This document shows positions 32,053 through 40,638 of a stretch of 64,000 nucleotides of DNA, in pieces. The notes under the pieces were generated by a model, which had not been told where the DNA came from, did no database searches, and saw nothing but the letters and a program-made list of their open reading frames with translations. The position numbers were made by a program, and so were the translations under genes. Position 1 is the stretch's first letter; each line of letters begins with the position of its first letter. The stretch is from an uncultured Gemmatimonadales bacterium (GTDB lineage Bacteria > Gemmatimonadota > Gemmatimonadetes > Gemmatimonadales > GWC2-71-9), in assembly GCA_963695555.1 (NCBI GenBank), contig CAVOGR010000005.1:448001-512000 (forward strand). The letters are read 5' to 3'.

Positions 32053-32997
32053 TCAAACTAACCCGTCGACGATGCTTCCAAGGTGCACGGCCCGGCTGCC
32101 CGGAGCCGTGCAGGCTTGAAGGATAACCCTGTCCAGGAACCTGAAAGGTTCACGATCCGCGAAACTGTCGAGAACTCTGTTGCCGATCACGAATGACGTG
32201 GTCAGCTTCAGCTTGGGATCGATGATCTCGCGCGCCTCGACGAGGCCTTGCGCAGCCTCCAGGGCCACCAGTTCGAAGGTCAGGATGCTGGCCGAAAGGC
32301 CGCGAAGCACCATGCCCTTTGCGGCGAATATCGATTCGACGGGATAGCGCAGATCGACCGAGAGCCCGAGATCGGCCGCGAAAGTCCGCACGACTTGTAT
32401 GGTGGTACTGTTCGGCCCGAATGCCAGCGGGAATTGCAGCGCGTCCCGAAACGCGATCGGGGTACTCCCTGCGTCCGTGTGCGGGGGCGTCACAAGGGCG
32501 AGGTACTGCTCGAACACCGGAATGCTGGTGGTATCCGGGAGAGGCTCCGCATCCTGAATGAAGGCGCAGTCGATCTGGTGTCGGGTCAGCTGGACCATCA
32601 GCGACCGACTGACCGACCCGACGACGTGAAAGTGGATTCCGTGCAGACCGGCCGGGTCGGCCGCGGCGATTTCGGGGCCGATCATCGTGGAGATACTCGG
32701 CGGTAGCCCGACCCGGATGTCTATCTGATGGCTCTGCAAGGATCTGATCCGATCCTCAAGATCCTGTAATCGTTCAATCAATGCGACGCCGTCGCGGTAC
32801 AGAAGCTGCCCTGCCTTCGTCGGCGTCACGCCCTTGGAATGCCGATTGAGGAGCGGCAGACCCATCTGCTGCTCGAGGGCCCGGATCTGCAGTCCGAGCG
32901 CCGTTTGCGCGACGTTGAGGTCCTGGGACGCGCGCGTGATGTTCCCTGTTTCCACGACATGAAAGAAGTAACGAAGCTGCTTCAGCGTCAGGGACAT
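32053..32997 (-). CDS. LysR family transcriptional regulator (Nac/TcuR-like)
   Basis: LKQLRYF...GNITRASQDLNVAQTALGLQIRALE...RHSKGVTPT. Confidence 0.92.
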   Translation of the reverse strand: MSLTLKQLRYFFHVVETGNITRASQDLNVAQTALGLQIRALEQQMGLPLLNRHSKGVTPTKAGQLLYRDGVALIERLQDLEDRIRSLQSHQIDIRVGLPPSISTMIGPEIAAADPAGLHGIHFHVVGSVSRSLMVQLTRHQIDCAFIQDAEPLPDTTSIPVFEQYLALVTPPHTDAGSTPIAFRDALQFPLAFGPNSTTIQVVRTFAADLGLSVDLRYPVESIFAAKGMVLRGLSASILTFELVALEAAQGLVEAREIIDPKLKLTTSFVIGNRVLDSFADREPFRFLDRVILQACTAPGSRAVHLGSIVDGLV

Positions 32998-33115
32998 AGC
33001 AAACCCAAGTGCACCCAAGAGGCTAATTCGACCGGCGCCCCGCAGTCAATTTCCATCTCGAACCCCTGGTAGCAAACTGACGTTACCTCTTGTTTTTCCG
33101 CGACAGGCATCGATG

Positions 33116-33345
33116 GCAACTGCTCACGCTCCGGCACTTTCCCTTTGAACGGTTGAATCGGGCGTGATTCAAGCTTGGGATGAACCGGACAGACCTTGAT
33201 GTCCTGAGCCGGAAGCATCTGATCGAGCTGGTGCTGGGCCGGGCGGAGTTGATGAGACGGCTGGAGCAGCGGGTGGCCGAGTTCGAAGCCAGGCTCAGGC
33301 TGCCGCCGAAGACGCCGGCGAACTCGAGCGTTCCACCCTCGCAGG
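33116..33345 (+). mobile_element. IS66-family (single-ORF, ISBst12-like) left-end remnant
   Basis: Terminal GCAACTGCTCAC (33116-33127) resembles GTAACTGCTCA ends; ORF from 33180 has a coiled coil and PPKTPANSSVPPSQ. Confidence 0.65.
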
Positions 33346-33605
33346 GGCACAGGCCGCAAGGCCTGGAAACAGGAGACCCGCAACCAGCGGCGCTCCCTCG
33401 CCAAGACGGCGATGGGCCGCTACGAGGCGATCATCGGGCCACGCCTGAAGGCCCGCACCTTCGACCGCCAGCAGGTCGAAGCCGCCCTGGCCGCGCGCTA
33501 CCTCATCTACTTCACCGCCCACGGTATGCCAAAGACCCTCAGGATCGCCTGAGATCGCGGGAGAAAGGGGGCGATCCAACCCCGACAGTTCCATGCAACA
33601 ACGCC
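33345..33605 (+). mobile_element. IS5-family (IS903-group) transposase C-terminal remnant with right inverted repeat
   Basis: Alternate frame AWKQETRNQRRSLAKTAMGRYEAIIGPRLKARTFDRQQVE...GMPKTLRIA* (stop 33550-33552); end sequence CCATGCAACAACGCC at 33591-33605. Confidence 0.75.
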
Positions 33606-33882
33606 TCCCTTTGATGCTGCTGCGTCTTCCCGAGCCGCGCCCCGAGCTGACTAGTAAATAGACCAATTCCCCCTTGACGACCGCTGGCACCGCAAGTCCG
33701 GCTCGTACTCCCGGCCCCGGCGAGTTTGACTAGCTCGAAAAGCTGTGACGGTTCTCCCGAGGATTTCGTATACCATCGGTATGCTTTTGTCACCATCAAT
33801 TCACGGTGTGCGGTCTTTGTGCCGTGCCCGAGCGCCCGGCGGGCGCCTTCCCCGGCGTCACGGTCGAGGCATGAACCAAAGC

Positions 33883-34851
33883 TTAGGCGAGGATCGCTTC
33901 GGCGAAGCGGTCGGCATCGACGTTGCCGCCGCTGGCCACCACGATCACCGTATCACCCGCGATCTCGTCGGCGCGGAACACCGCCGCCGCCAGCGCCACT
34001 GCGCCGCCGGGCTCCAGCACCAGCTTGAGGTGGCGGAAGGCGAGCGCCATCGCGCGCATGGCTTCGGCGTCACTCACCACCAGACCCGGCCCCGCCAGCC
34101 GCGCCAGCACCGGGAAGGTCAGCGCACCGGGCTGCGGGCTCAGGATCGCGTCGCAGAGCGATCCGGCGGTGCGCGGGTTGCGCTCGCGCCGGCCCGAGAC
34201 CAGAGAGCGCGCCGTGTCGTCGAAGCCCTCCGGCTCGACGGTGCGGACCCTGAGGCCCGGCGCCTCGGCCTCCAGCGCCAGCGCGGTACCGGCCGAAAGC
34301 CCGCCGCCACCGCAGGGGATCAGCACGTCTGCCACGCCGACGCCGGCCTCTGCCACCTGCCCGGCCAGCTCCAGCCCCACGGTGCCCTGGCCGGCGATGA
34401 CCTCGACATGGTCAAAGGGCGGGATGAGCGTGAGCCCGCGTTCGGCGGCAAGCCCTGCCCCGAGCGCGTCGCGGTCGGTACCGGCGCGGTCGTATAGCAC
34501 GACCTGGCCCCCCAGCGACTTGGTGCCCTCGATCTTTGACGCGGGCGCATCCGACGGCATCAGGATCACCGCCGTGGTGCCATGCGCCGCCGCCGCCCAG
34601 GCGACGCCCTGGGCATGGTTGCCCGAGGAATAGGCCATGACGCCGCGCTCAAGTGCTTCCGGCGTCAGCGCCGAGACTGCCGCCCAACCGCCGCGCGCCT
34701 TGAACGAGCCGGTGACCTGAAGGCTTTCGGCCTTCACCAGCACCCGCCGCCCCGCCAGCGCATCCAACGCCGGGTTGGCGAGGAGCGGCGTGCGCCGCAC
34801 ATGCCCCGCGATCCGGCCCGCTGCGGCCCGGATCGCAGCGATCCCGGTCAC
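33883..34851 (-). CDS. Threonine/serine dehydratase (PLP-dependent)
   Basis: KAESLQVTGSFKARG, SSGNHAQG, PCGGGGL, SGGNVD. Confidence 0.92.
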   Translation of the reverse strand: MTGIAAIRAAAGRIAGHVRRTPLLANPALDALAGRRVLVKAESLQVTGSFKARGGWAAVSALTPEALERGVMAYSSGNHAQGVAWAAAAHGTTAVILMPSDAPASKIEGTKSLGGQVVLYDRAGTDRDALGAGLAAERGLTLIPPFDHVEVIAGQGTVGLELAGQVAEAGVGVADVLIPCGGGGLSAGTALALEAEAPGLRVRTVEPEGFDDTARSLVSGRRERNPRTAGSLCDAILSPQPGALTFPVLARLAGPGLVVSDAEAMRAMALAFRHLKLVLEPGGAVALAAAVFRADEIAGDTVIVVASGGNVDADRFAEAILA

Positions 34852-35699
34852 GGCGCCACCCGCGCCAGGAAGGCCGCAATTGCCGCCACCGCCTCCGGCT
34901 CGTCCAGGAACGGCACATGCCCGCGATCCGCCACCACGGTCACCACCAGATCGGGCCGGCGGGCGGCCATCGCCTCGACCGTGGCGGGCGAGAGGAGATC
35001 GGAGTTCGCCCCGCAGAGCAGCGCCAGCGGGACCATTGGCAGCGCATCGAAAAGCGGCCACATGTCCGGCAGCGGCGCGCCCGGCTCCAGCGCCGCGAGG
35101 CCCGCCTCGAAGGCGTCGCGCAGCCGCGGATCGTAGCGCAGCGCCACCCCCCCGCCGGGAAGTTCGCGCCAGATCCGCGTCGCATGCACCCGCCAGGCCG
35201 CCACCGACACCCCGGGGAACCGATCGCGTGAACTGGCTTGCAGCGCCACGGCGCCGGCCTCGTAGTCGGCATAGGGCGGAACCCGGCCGATATAGTCTAG
35301 GATGCGGTCGACGCCGCCCTTCTCCAGCACCGGCCCGACGTCGTTGAACATCACCCCGGCCAGCCGCTGCGGGGCTGTGGCCGCGATCACCATGGCCAGA
35401 ATCCCGCCCCGCGACGTGCCGAGCACCGGCACGCGGGCAATCCCGAGGTGGTCCAGCAGCTCCAGCGCGTCGCGCGCCTCGACGCCGACGTTGTAGTTGG
35501 CCGGGTCGGGATCGAAGTCCGAGGCCCCTCGCCCGCGCGGATCGAGCCGGATCAGCCGCAGCCCCGCCCCGAAACGCTCGGCCACCGGGTCGAAATCGGC
35601 GCCGTTGCGGGTGAGGCCCGGCAGGCAGAGGAGCGGCGGCCCGACACCCTCGTCGCGATAGGCGAGCGACAGGCCATCGGACGTGGTGAAACGCTTCAT
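34848..35699 (-). CDS. Alpha/beta hydrolase
   Basis: LPGLTRN, GTSRGG nucleophile elbow, GHVPFLDE. Confidence 0.9.
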   Translation of the reverse strand: MKRFTTSDGLSLAYRDEGVGPPLLCLPGLTRNGADFDPVAERFGAGLRLIRLDPRGRGASDFDPDPANYNVGVEARDALELLDHLGIARVPVLGTSRGGILAMVIAATAPQRLAGVMFNDVGPVLEKGGVDRILDYIGRVPPYADYEAGAVALQASSRDRFPGVSVAAWRVHATRIWRELPGGGVALRYDPRLRDAFEAGLAALEPGAPLPDMWPLFDALPMVPLALLCGANSDLLSPATVEAMAARRPDLVVTVVADRGHVPFLDEPEAVAAIAAFLARVAP

Positions 35700-36385
35700 G
35701 CGAGCCTCCGCGCGAGGTCGGGAACGCCGGTGAGATCGGCCGCCACATGGCCGGGCACCCAGGGCAACCGGTCGCGCGGCGCGCCGTCGCGGTTCACCCA
35801 GAGCGTCACGAAGCCGAACCCTGCGCCGGCAGCCGCGTCCCATCCATTCGACGAAACGAACAGGACCTCGCCTGGTTCCATGCCGAACCGCCGGCCGACC
35901 AGGTCGTAGACCACCCGCGCCGGCTTGAAGACCCCGACCTCCTCCACCGAGAGGATCGCGTCGAGGAGGCCGCCGACGCCGGCGTTGCCCACCGCCGCGT
36001 CCAGCATGGCCGGCGATCCGTTCGACAGGATCGCGGTGGCGAGCCCGCCCGCACGAAGGCCCGCGAGCATCGCGGGCACTTCCGGATAGGCCTCGAGCTC
36101 GTGGTAGAGCGCGAGCAACCGCGCGCGCAGCGCCGCGTCGCCGCCGAGGCCGGCCGCCTCCAGCGCCCAGTCGAGGCCGTCCTGGGTCACCTGCCAGAAG
36201 TCCGCATGCGCGCCGGTGACGGCCCGGAGCCATGTGTATTGCAGCTGCTTCAGCCGCCAGTCCCTCGCTACCGCCGCCCAGTGCGGCGCGAGCCGGGCGA
36301 AAGCCGGTTCACCTGCGGCGCGCCGGGCGGCGGCGGCCACGTCGAAGAGCGTGCCATACGCATCGAAGACGACAACCTTGATCAT
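35696..36385 (-). CDS. Haloacid dehalogenase type II
   Basis: VFDAYGTLFD, ILSNG, FKP, FVSSNGWD. Confidence 0.92.
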   Translation of the reverse strand: MIKVVVFDAYGTLFDVAAAARRAAGEPAFARLAPHWAAVARDWRLKQLQYTWLRAVTGAHADFWQVTQDGLDWALEAAGLGGDAALRARLLALYHELEAYPEVPAMLAGLRAGGLATAILSNGSPAMLDAAVGNAGVGGLLDAILSVEEVGVFKPARVVYDLVGRRFGMEPGEVLFVSSNGWDAAAGAGFGFVTLWVNRDGAPRDRLPWVPGHVAADLTGVPDLARRLA

Positions 36386-36397
36386 CCAGCTGTGCCG

Positions 36398-37201
36398 TCA
36401 GAGGTTCTCCGGCTGCGCCATGCCGGTGACGTGGTAGCCGCCATCGACGAAGATCACCTCGCCGGTGGTGCAGGCGCCCAGATCCGAGGCCAGATAGACC
36501 GCCGTGCCCCCTACCGCCTCCAGCGTCGCGTTGGCGCGCAGCGGCGCGTTCATCTCGGTGGCGTGGTAGACCTTGCGCGCCCCGGCGATGGCCGCGCCCG
36601 CCAGCGTGCGCATCGGCCCCGGCGAAATCGCGTTCACCCGGATGCCCTGCGGCCCGAGGTCATTGGCGAGGTAGCGCACCGCGCTCTCCAGCGCCGCCTT
36701 GGCCACGCCCATGACGTTGTAATGCGGCGTCACCCGCTGCGCACCGAGATAGGTCATCGTCATCACCGACCCGCCTTCGGTCATCAGCGGCACCGCCCTG
36801 CGCGTCAGATCGACCAGACTGTAGCAGGAGATGTCGAGCGAGTTGAGGAAGTTCGCCCGGCTGGTGTCGAGAAACCGCCCGTCGAGCTCGGCCTTGTCCG
36901 AATAGGCGATCGCGTGCACCAGCACGTCGAGCCGCCCCCACTCAGCCGCGATGCGGGCACAGAGCGCGTCGAGCGAGGACGCGTCCTGCACGTCCGCCGG
37001 CGCAATGATCGCCGCTCCCAGCAATTCCGCCAGCGGGATCACCCGCCGCCCGAAGCCCTCGCCCTGGTAGGTGAAGGCGAGCTCGGCCCCCTGCTTGTGC
37101 AGCGCCTTCGCGATGCCCCAGGCGATGGAATGGTCGTTGGCGACGCCGAGGATCAGCGCGCGCTTGCCCGCCAGCAGACCGCCGGGCACGGCGTCACCCA
37201 T
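36398..37201 (-). CDS. fabI: Enoyl-ACP reductase
   Basis: [37 protein letters not shown]. Confidence 0.95.
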   Translation of the reverse strand: MGDAVPGGLLAGKRALILGVANDHSIAWGIAKALHKQGAELAFTYQGEGFGRRVIPLAELLGAAIIAPADVQDASSLDALCARIAAEWGRLDVLVHAIAYSDKAELDGRFLDTSRANFLNSLDISCYSLVDLTRRAVPLMTEGGSVMTMTYLGAQRVTPHYNVMGVAKAALESAVRYLANDLGPQGIRVNAISPGPMRTLAGAAIAGARKVYHATEMNAPLRANATLEAVGGTAVYLASDLGACTTGEVIFVDGGYHVTGMAQPENL

Positions 37202-38420
37202 GATAACGGCTGAGTGCCAGCGTGGCGTTGGTGCCGCCGAAGCCAAACGAGTTTGAGATCACCGTGTCGAGGCCGGCGTTGTCGATGCGCGTGGTCGCAA
37301 TTTCGTCGGGCCGGAGCGCGGGGTCCAGCTCGGTGACATTGGCCGAGGCGGCGATGAAGTCGTCCTGCAGCATCATGAGGCAGTAGATCGCCTCCTGAAC
37401 GCCGGTCGCCCCCAGCGAATGCCCGGTCAGCGACTTGGTCGAGGAGATCTTCGGCATGCTGTCCTCGCCGAACACCCGGCGGATCGCCATCACCTCGGTC
37501 ACGTCGCCCGCGGGCGTCGAGGTGCCATGCGCGTTGATGTAGCCGACCTTGCGGTTGCCGATTGTCGAGAGCGCAAGCTTCATGCAGCGCTCCGCCCCCT
37601 CGCCCGAAGGCGCCACCATGTCGTGGCCGTCGGAGGTGGCGCCGTAGCCGGTGACCTCGGCGTAAATCTTCGCCCCGCGGGCGAGGGCGTGCTCGAGTTC
37701 CTCGAGCACCACCACCCCGCCGCCGCCGGCGATCACGAAGCCGTCGCGGGTGGCGTCGAAGGCGCGGCTCGCCGTCGTCGGCGCGTCGTTGTACTTCGAG
37801 CTCATCGCGCCCATGGCGTCGAAGAGGCAGGACAGCGTCCAGTCCAGCTCCTCGCCGCCGCCGGCGAAGACGATGTCTTGCTTGCCGAACTGGATCTGCT
37901 CCACCCCGTTGCCGATGCAATGCGCCGAGGTCGAGCAGGCTGAGGTGATCGAATAGTTGACCCCCTTGATGCGGAAGGGCGTGGCGAGGCAGGCCGAGTT
38001 GGTCGAGGACATGCCGCGGGTGACCATGAAGGGGCCCATCCGCTTGGGCGAGCCCTTCTCGATGACGATCCGGTGCGCCTCGAACAGGTTCTTGGTCGAG
38101 GGCCCGCCAGAGCCCATGACAAGGCCGGAGCGCACGTTGGAGACGTCGCTCTCCTCCAGCCCCGCGTCGGCGATCGCCTGTTCCATGGCGATGAAGTTGT
38201 AGGCCGCGCCATCGCCCATGAAGCGCAGCTGACGCTTGTCCACGTGCTCGGCCACGTCGATGTCGGGGCGGCCATGCACCTGGCTGCGGAAGCCGTGCTC
38301 GGCGTAGTCGGGGGCGAAGGAGATGCCCGAGCGGCCCTCCTTGAGCGATGTCATCACCGCGCCGGCGTCAGTGCCGATCGACGAGACGATGCCGAGGCCG
38401 GTTATCACGACACGGCGCAT
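37194..38420 (-). CDS. fabB: Beta-ketoacyl-ACP synthase I
   Basis: [39 protein letters not shown]. Confidence 0.96.
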   Translation of the reverse strand: MRRVVITGLGIVSSIGTDAGAVMTSLKEGRSGISFAPDYAEHGFRSQVHGRPDIDVAEHVDKRQLRFMGDGAAYNFIAMEQAIADAGLEESDVSNVRSGLVMGSGGPSTKNLFEAHRIVIEKGSPKRMGPFMVTRGMSSTNSACLATPFRIKGVNYSITSACSTSAHCIGNGVEQIQFGKQDIVFAGGGEELDWTLSCLFDAMGAMSSKYNDAPTTASRAFDATRDGFVIAGGGGVVVLEELEHALARGAKIYAEVTGYGATSDGHDMVAPSGEGAERCMKLALSTIGNRKVGYINAHGTSTPAGDVTEVMAIRRVFGEDSMPKISSTKSLTGHSLGATGVQEAIYCLMMLQDDFIAASANVTELDPALRPDEIATTRIDNAGLDTVISNSFGFGGTNATLALSRYHG

Positions 38421-38432
38421 GGCCGGTCCTCC

Positions 38433-38939
38433 TCAATCCTGGAACAGTCCGACCTTCATGTCGGTGGCCGTATATATGAGTTCGCCGTCCGCGCGCATCT
38501 CCCCGTTGGCGATGCCCAGCTTCAATTTGCGGTCGATGACGCGGGTGAAGGTCACCGTGTACTCCACCAGCTTCACGACAGGTGTCACCATGCCGGTGAA
38601 CTTCACCTCGCCCACGCCGAGCGCCCGGCCGCGGCCCTGCATGCCGCGCCAGCCGAGGTTGAAGCCGGTGAGCTGCCAGAGCGCGTCGAGCCCAAGGCAG
38701 CCCGGCATCACCGGGTCGCCGACAAAGTGGCAGGCGAAGAACCAGAGGTCGGGGCGGATGTCGAACTCGGCCACGACGTGGCCCTTGCCCTCGGAGCCGC
38801 GGTCGGAGGAGATGTCGGTGACGCGGTCCATCATCAGCATGGGCGGCGTGGGCAGCTGCGGGTTGCCGAGGCCGAACATCTCGCCGCGGGCGCAGGCCAT
38901 CAGTCCGTCGAAGTCGATGCGGGTGGGCCTGTCCTGCAT
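38433..38939 (-). CDS. fabA: 3-hydroxydecanoyl-ACP dehydratase/isomerase
   Basis: [39 protein letters not shown]. Confidence 0.97.
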   Translation of the reverse strand: MQDRPTRIDFDGLMACARGEMFGLGNPQLPTPPMLMMDRVTDISSDRGSEGKGHVVAEFDIRPDLWFFACHFVGDPVMPGCLGLDALWQLTGFNLGWRGMQGRGRALGVGEVKFTGMVTPVVKLVEYTVTFTRVIDRKLKLGIANGEMRADGELIYTATDMKVGLFQD

Positions 38940-39085
38940 GCGGGCTGTGTGCTCCCGGTCCCTGTCCTTCGTTTCCGGCCGACCTCTAGCACCCGGGCGG
39001 ACAATCGCGCAAGTAGCGCTCCGGCTTCTGCGCCGGGCGGCGATCGGCTAGGTTTCCGGCAAGATTGTCGGGCAGGGAGGATGCC

Positions 39086-39436
39086 ATGGCCTACGTCGAC
39101 GGATTTCTGATCGCGGTGCCGACCGCCAAGCGCGAGGCCTACCGCGACCTGGCGGCGATGGCCGCACCGATCTTCCGCGAGTACGGCGCGCTCTCGGTGG
39201 TGGAGTGCTGGGGCGACGACGTGCCGGCGGGCAAGCTCACCTCCTTTCCCATGGCGGTGAAGCTGGAGCCCGGCGAGACGGTGGTCTTCTCCTGGATCGT
39301 CTGGCCGTCGCGCGAGGCGCGGGACGCGGGCAATGAGAAGGTCATGGCCGACCCCCGCATGCATCCCCCCGGCGAGATGCCCTTTGACGGCAAGCGCATG
39401 ATCTTCGGCGGCTTCGAGGTGCTGGTGGAGGGCTGA
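39086..39436 (+). CDS. DUF1428 family protein
   Basis: YVDGF, ECWGDDVP, ETVVFSW, MPFDGKRMIFGGF. Confidence 0.92.
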   Translation: MAYVDGFLIAVPTAKREAYRDLAAMAAPIFREYGALSVVECWGDDVPAGKLTSFPMAVKLEPGETVVFSWIVWPSREARDAGNEKVMADPRMHPPGEMPFDGKRMIFGGFEVLVEG

Positions 39437-39473
39437 CCGGGACCGGCGGAAGGAGGTTCCGCCCGGCACAACA

Positions 39474-39544
39474 AATGTGGAGATTTTCTAAGTTTCTGAA
39501 ATTACACTATGAACGTGGTAAATGCGGGATTAACGGCGACGCCC
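39474..39544. repeat. AT-rich dispersed intergenic element, copy 2, with CtrA-like box TAAA-N7-TTAAC
   Basis: 43/64 ungapped identities to 22401-22464 by hand count; also lies between convergent genes. Confidence 0.65.
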
Positions 39545-39547
39545 TGC

Positions 39548-40627
39548 TTATCGACGAAGCCCGCCGCCGATCAGCTCCAGCGCCTCCGAGGCCAGGCGCC
39601 GGGTCAGCGCGCCGGCGGGCTCCTCGCGGCCGATTGCCGCCGCCTGCCCCGCCCAGAGCGACATGAAATCGCCCGAGCCCGCCGGCTCGGTCGCGGCGCG
39701 CAGCGGCGCCAGCGCCCCGGCGGCCAGCGGGAAGTCGGGCGCAAGCGGCGAGACAGGCCCCACCTCGCGCACCACCCGGTTCACGATGCTCCGCGCCGGC
39801 CGGCCGGTGAAGACGTTGGTGAGCGCGGTGCCGTCGTCCCGCGCGGCCCGCAGTGCTGCGCGGTGCGGCGCCGCAACCCGCGCCTCGGGGCAGAAGAGAT
39901 AGGCCGTCCCGATCTGCACTGCCGCCGCCCCCAGCGCGAAGGCGGCCGCGATTCCGCGCGCATCACCGATGCCGCCGGCGGCGATCACCGGCACGCGCAC
40001 CGCGTCCGCCACCTGCGGCACCAGCGCGAAGGTTCCGGGCTGGCTGGCGATGTCGGCGGTGAGGAACATCCCGCGGTGCCCGCCGGCCTCGGCGCCCTGG
40101 GCGATGACCGCGTCGCAGCCCGCGTCCTCCAGCCAGCGCGCCTCGGCGACGGTGGTGGCCGAGGCCATCACCATCGCCCTCGTGGCCCGCACCCGCGCGA
40201 ACAGGGCCGGTTCCGGCAGGCCGAAGTGAAAACTGACGACCTCGGGGCGGAACTCCTCGACCAGCGCGCAGGCCGCCGCGTCGAAGGCGGCGCGGGCGGA
40301 ACCCGTCACGGCAGCCGCGGGGTCGAGGCCGAACTCAGCGTAGTAGGGCGCGAGCCGCGCCCGCCACGCCGCCTCGCGTGCGGGATCGTCGGCCGGCGCG
40401 CGGTGGCAGAAGAAGTTCATGTTCACCGGCCGCGCGGTCTGCTGGCGGATGATGCTCATCTGGCTGCGCATACCGCCCCCATCGAGGAAGGCGCAGGGCA
40501 GCGAACCGAGCCCTCCCGCCTCGGCCACCGCCACCACCATCTCCGACAGCACCGGCCCTGCCATCGGCGCCTGCACGATGGGATGCTCGATCCCGAACAG
40601 CTCCTGGATGCGTCGGTCCGGCCACAT
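39548..40627 (-). CDS. Nitronate monooxygenase family flavoprotein
   Basis: PIVQAPMAG, VVSFHFG, QGAEAGGHRG, IAAGGI, QIGTAYL, SLWAGQ. Confidence 0.93.
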   Translation of the reverse strand: MWPDRRIQELFGIEHPIVQAPMAGPVLSEMVVAVAEAGGLGSLPCAFLDGGGMRSQMSIIRQQTARPVNMNFFCHRAPADDPAREAAWRARLAPYYAEFGLDPAAAVTGSARAAFDAAACALVEEFRPEVVSFHFGLPEPALFARVRATRAMVMASATTVAEARWLEDAGCDAVIAQGAEAGGHRGMFLTADIASQPGTFALVPQVADAVRVPVIAAGGIGDARGIAAAFALGAAAVQIGTAYLFCPEARVAAPHRAALRAARDDGTALTNVFTGRPARSIVNRVVREVGPVSPLAPDFPLAAGALAPLRAATEPAGSGDFMSLWAGQAAAIGREEPAGALTRRLASEALELIGGGLRR

Positions 40628-40638
40628 GGTCGCCTCCC

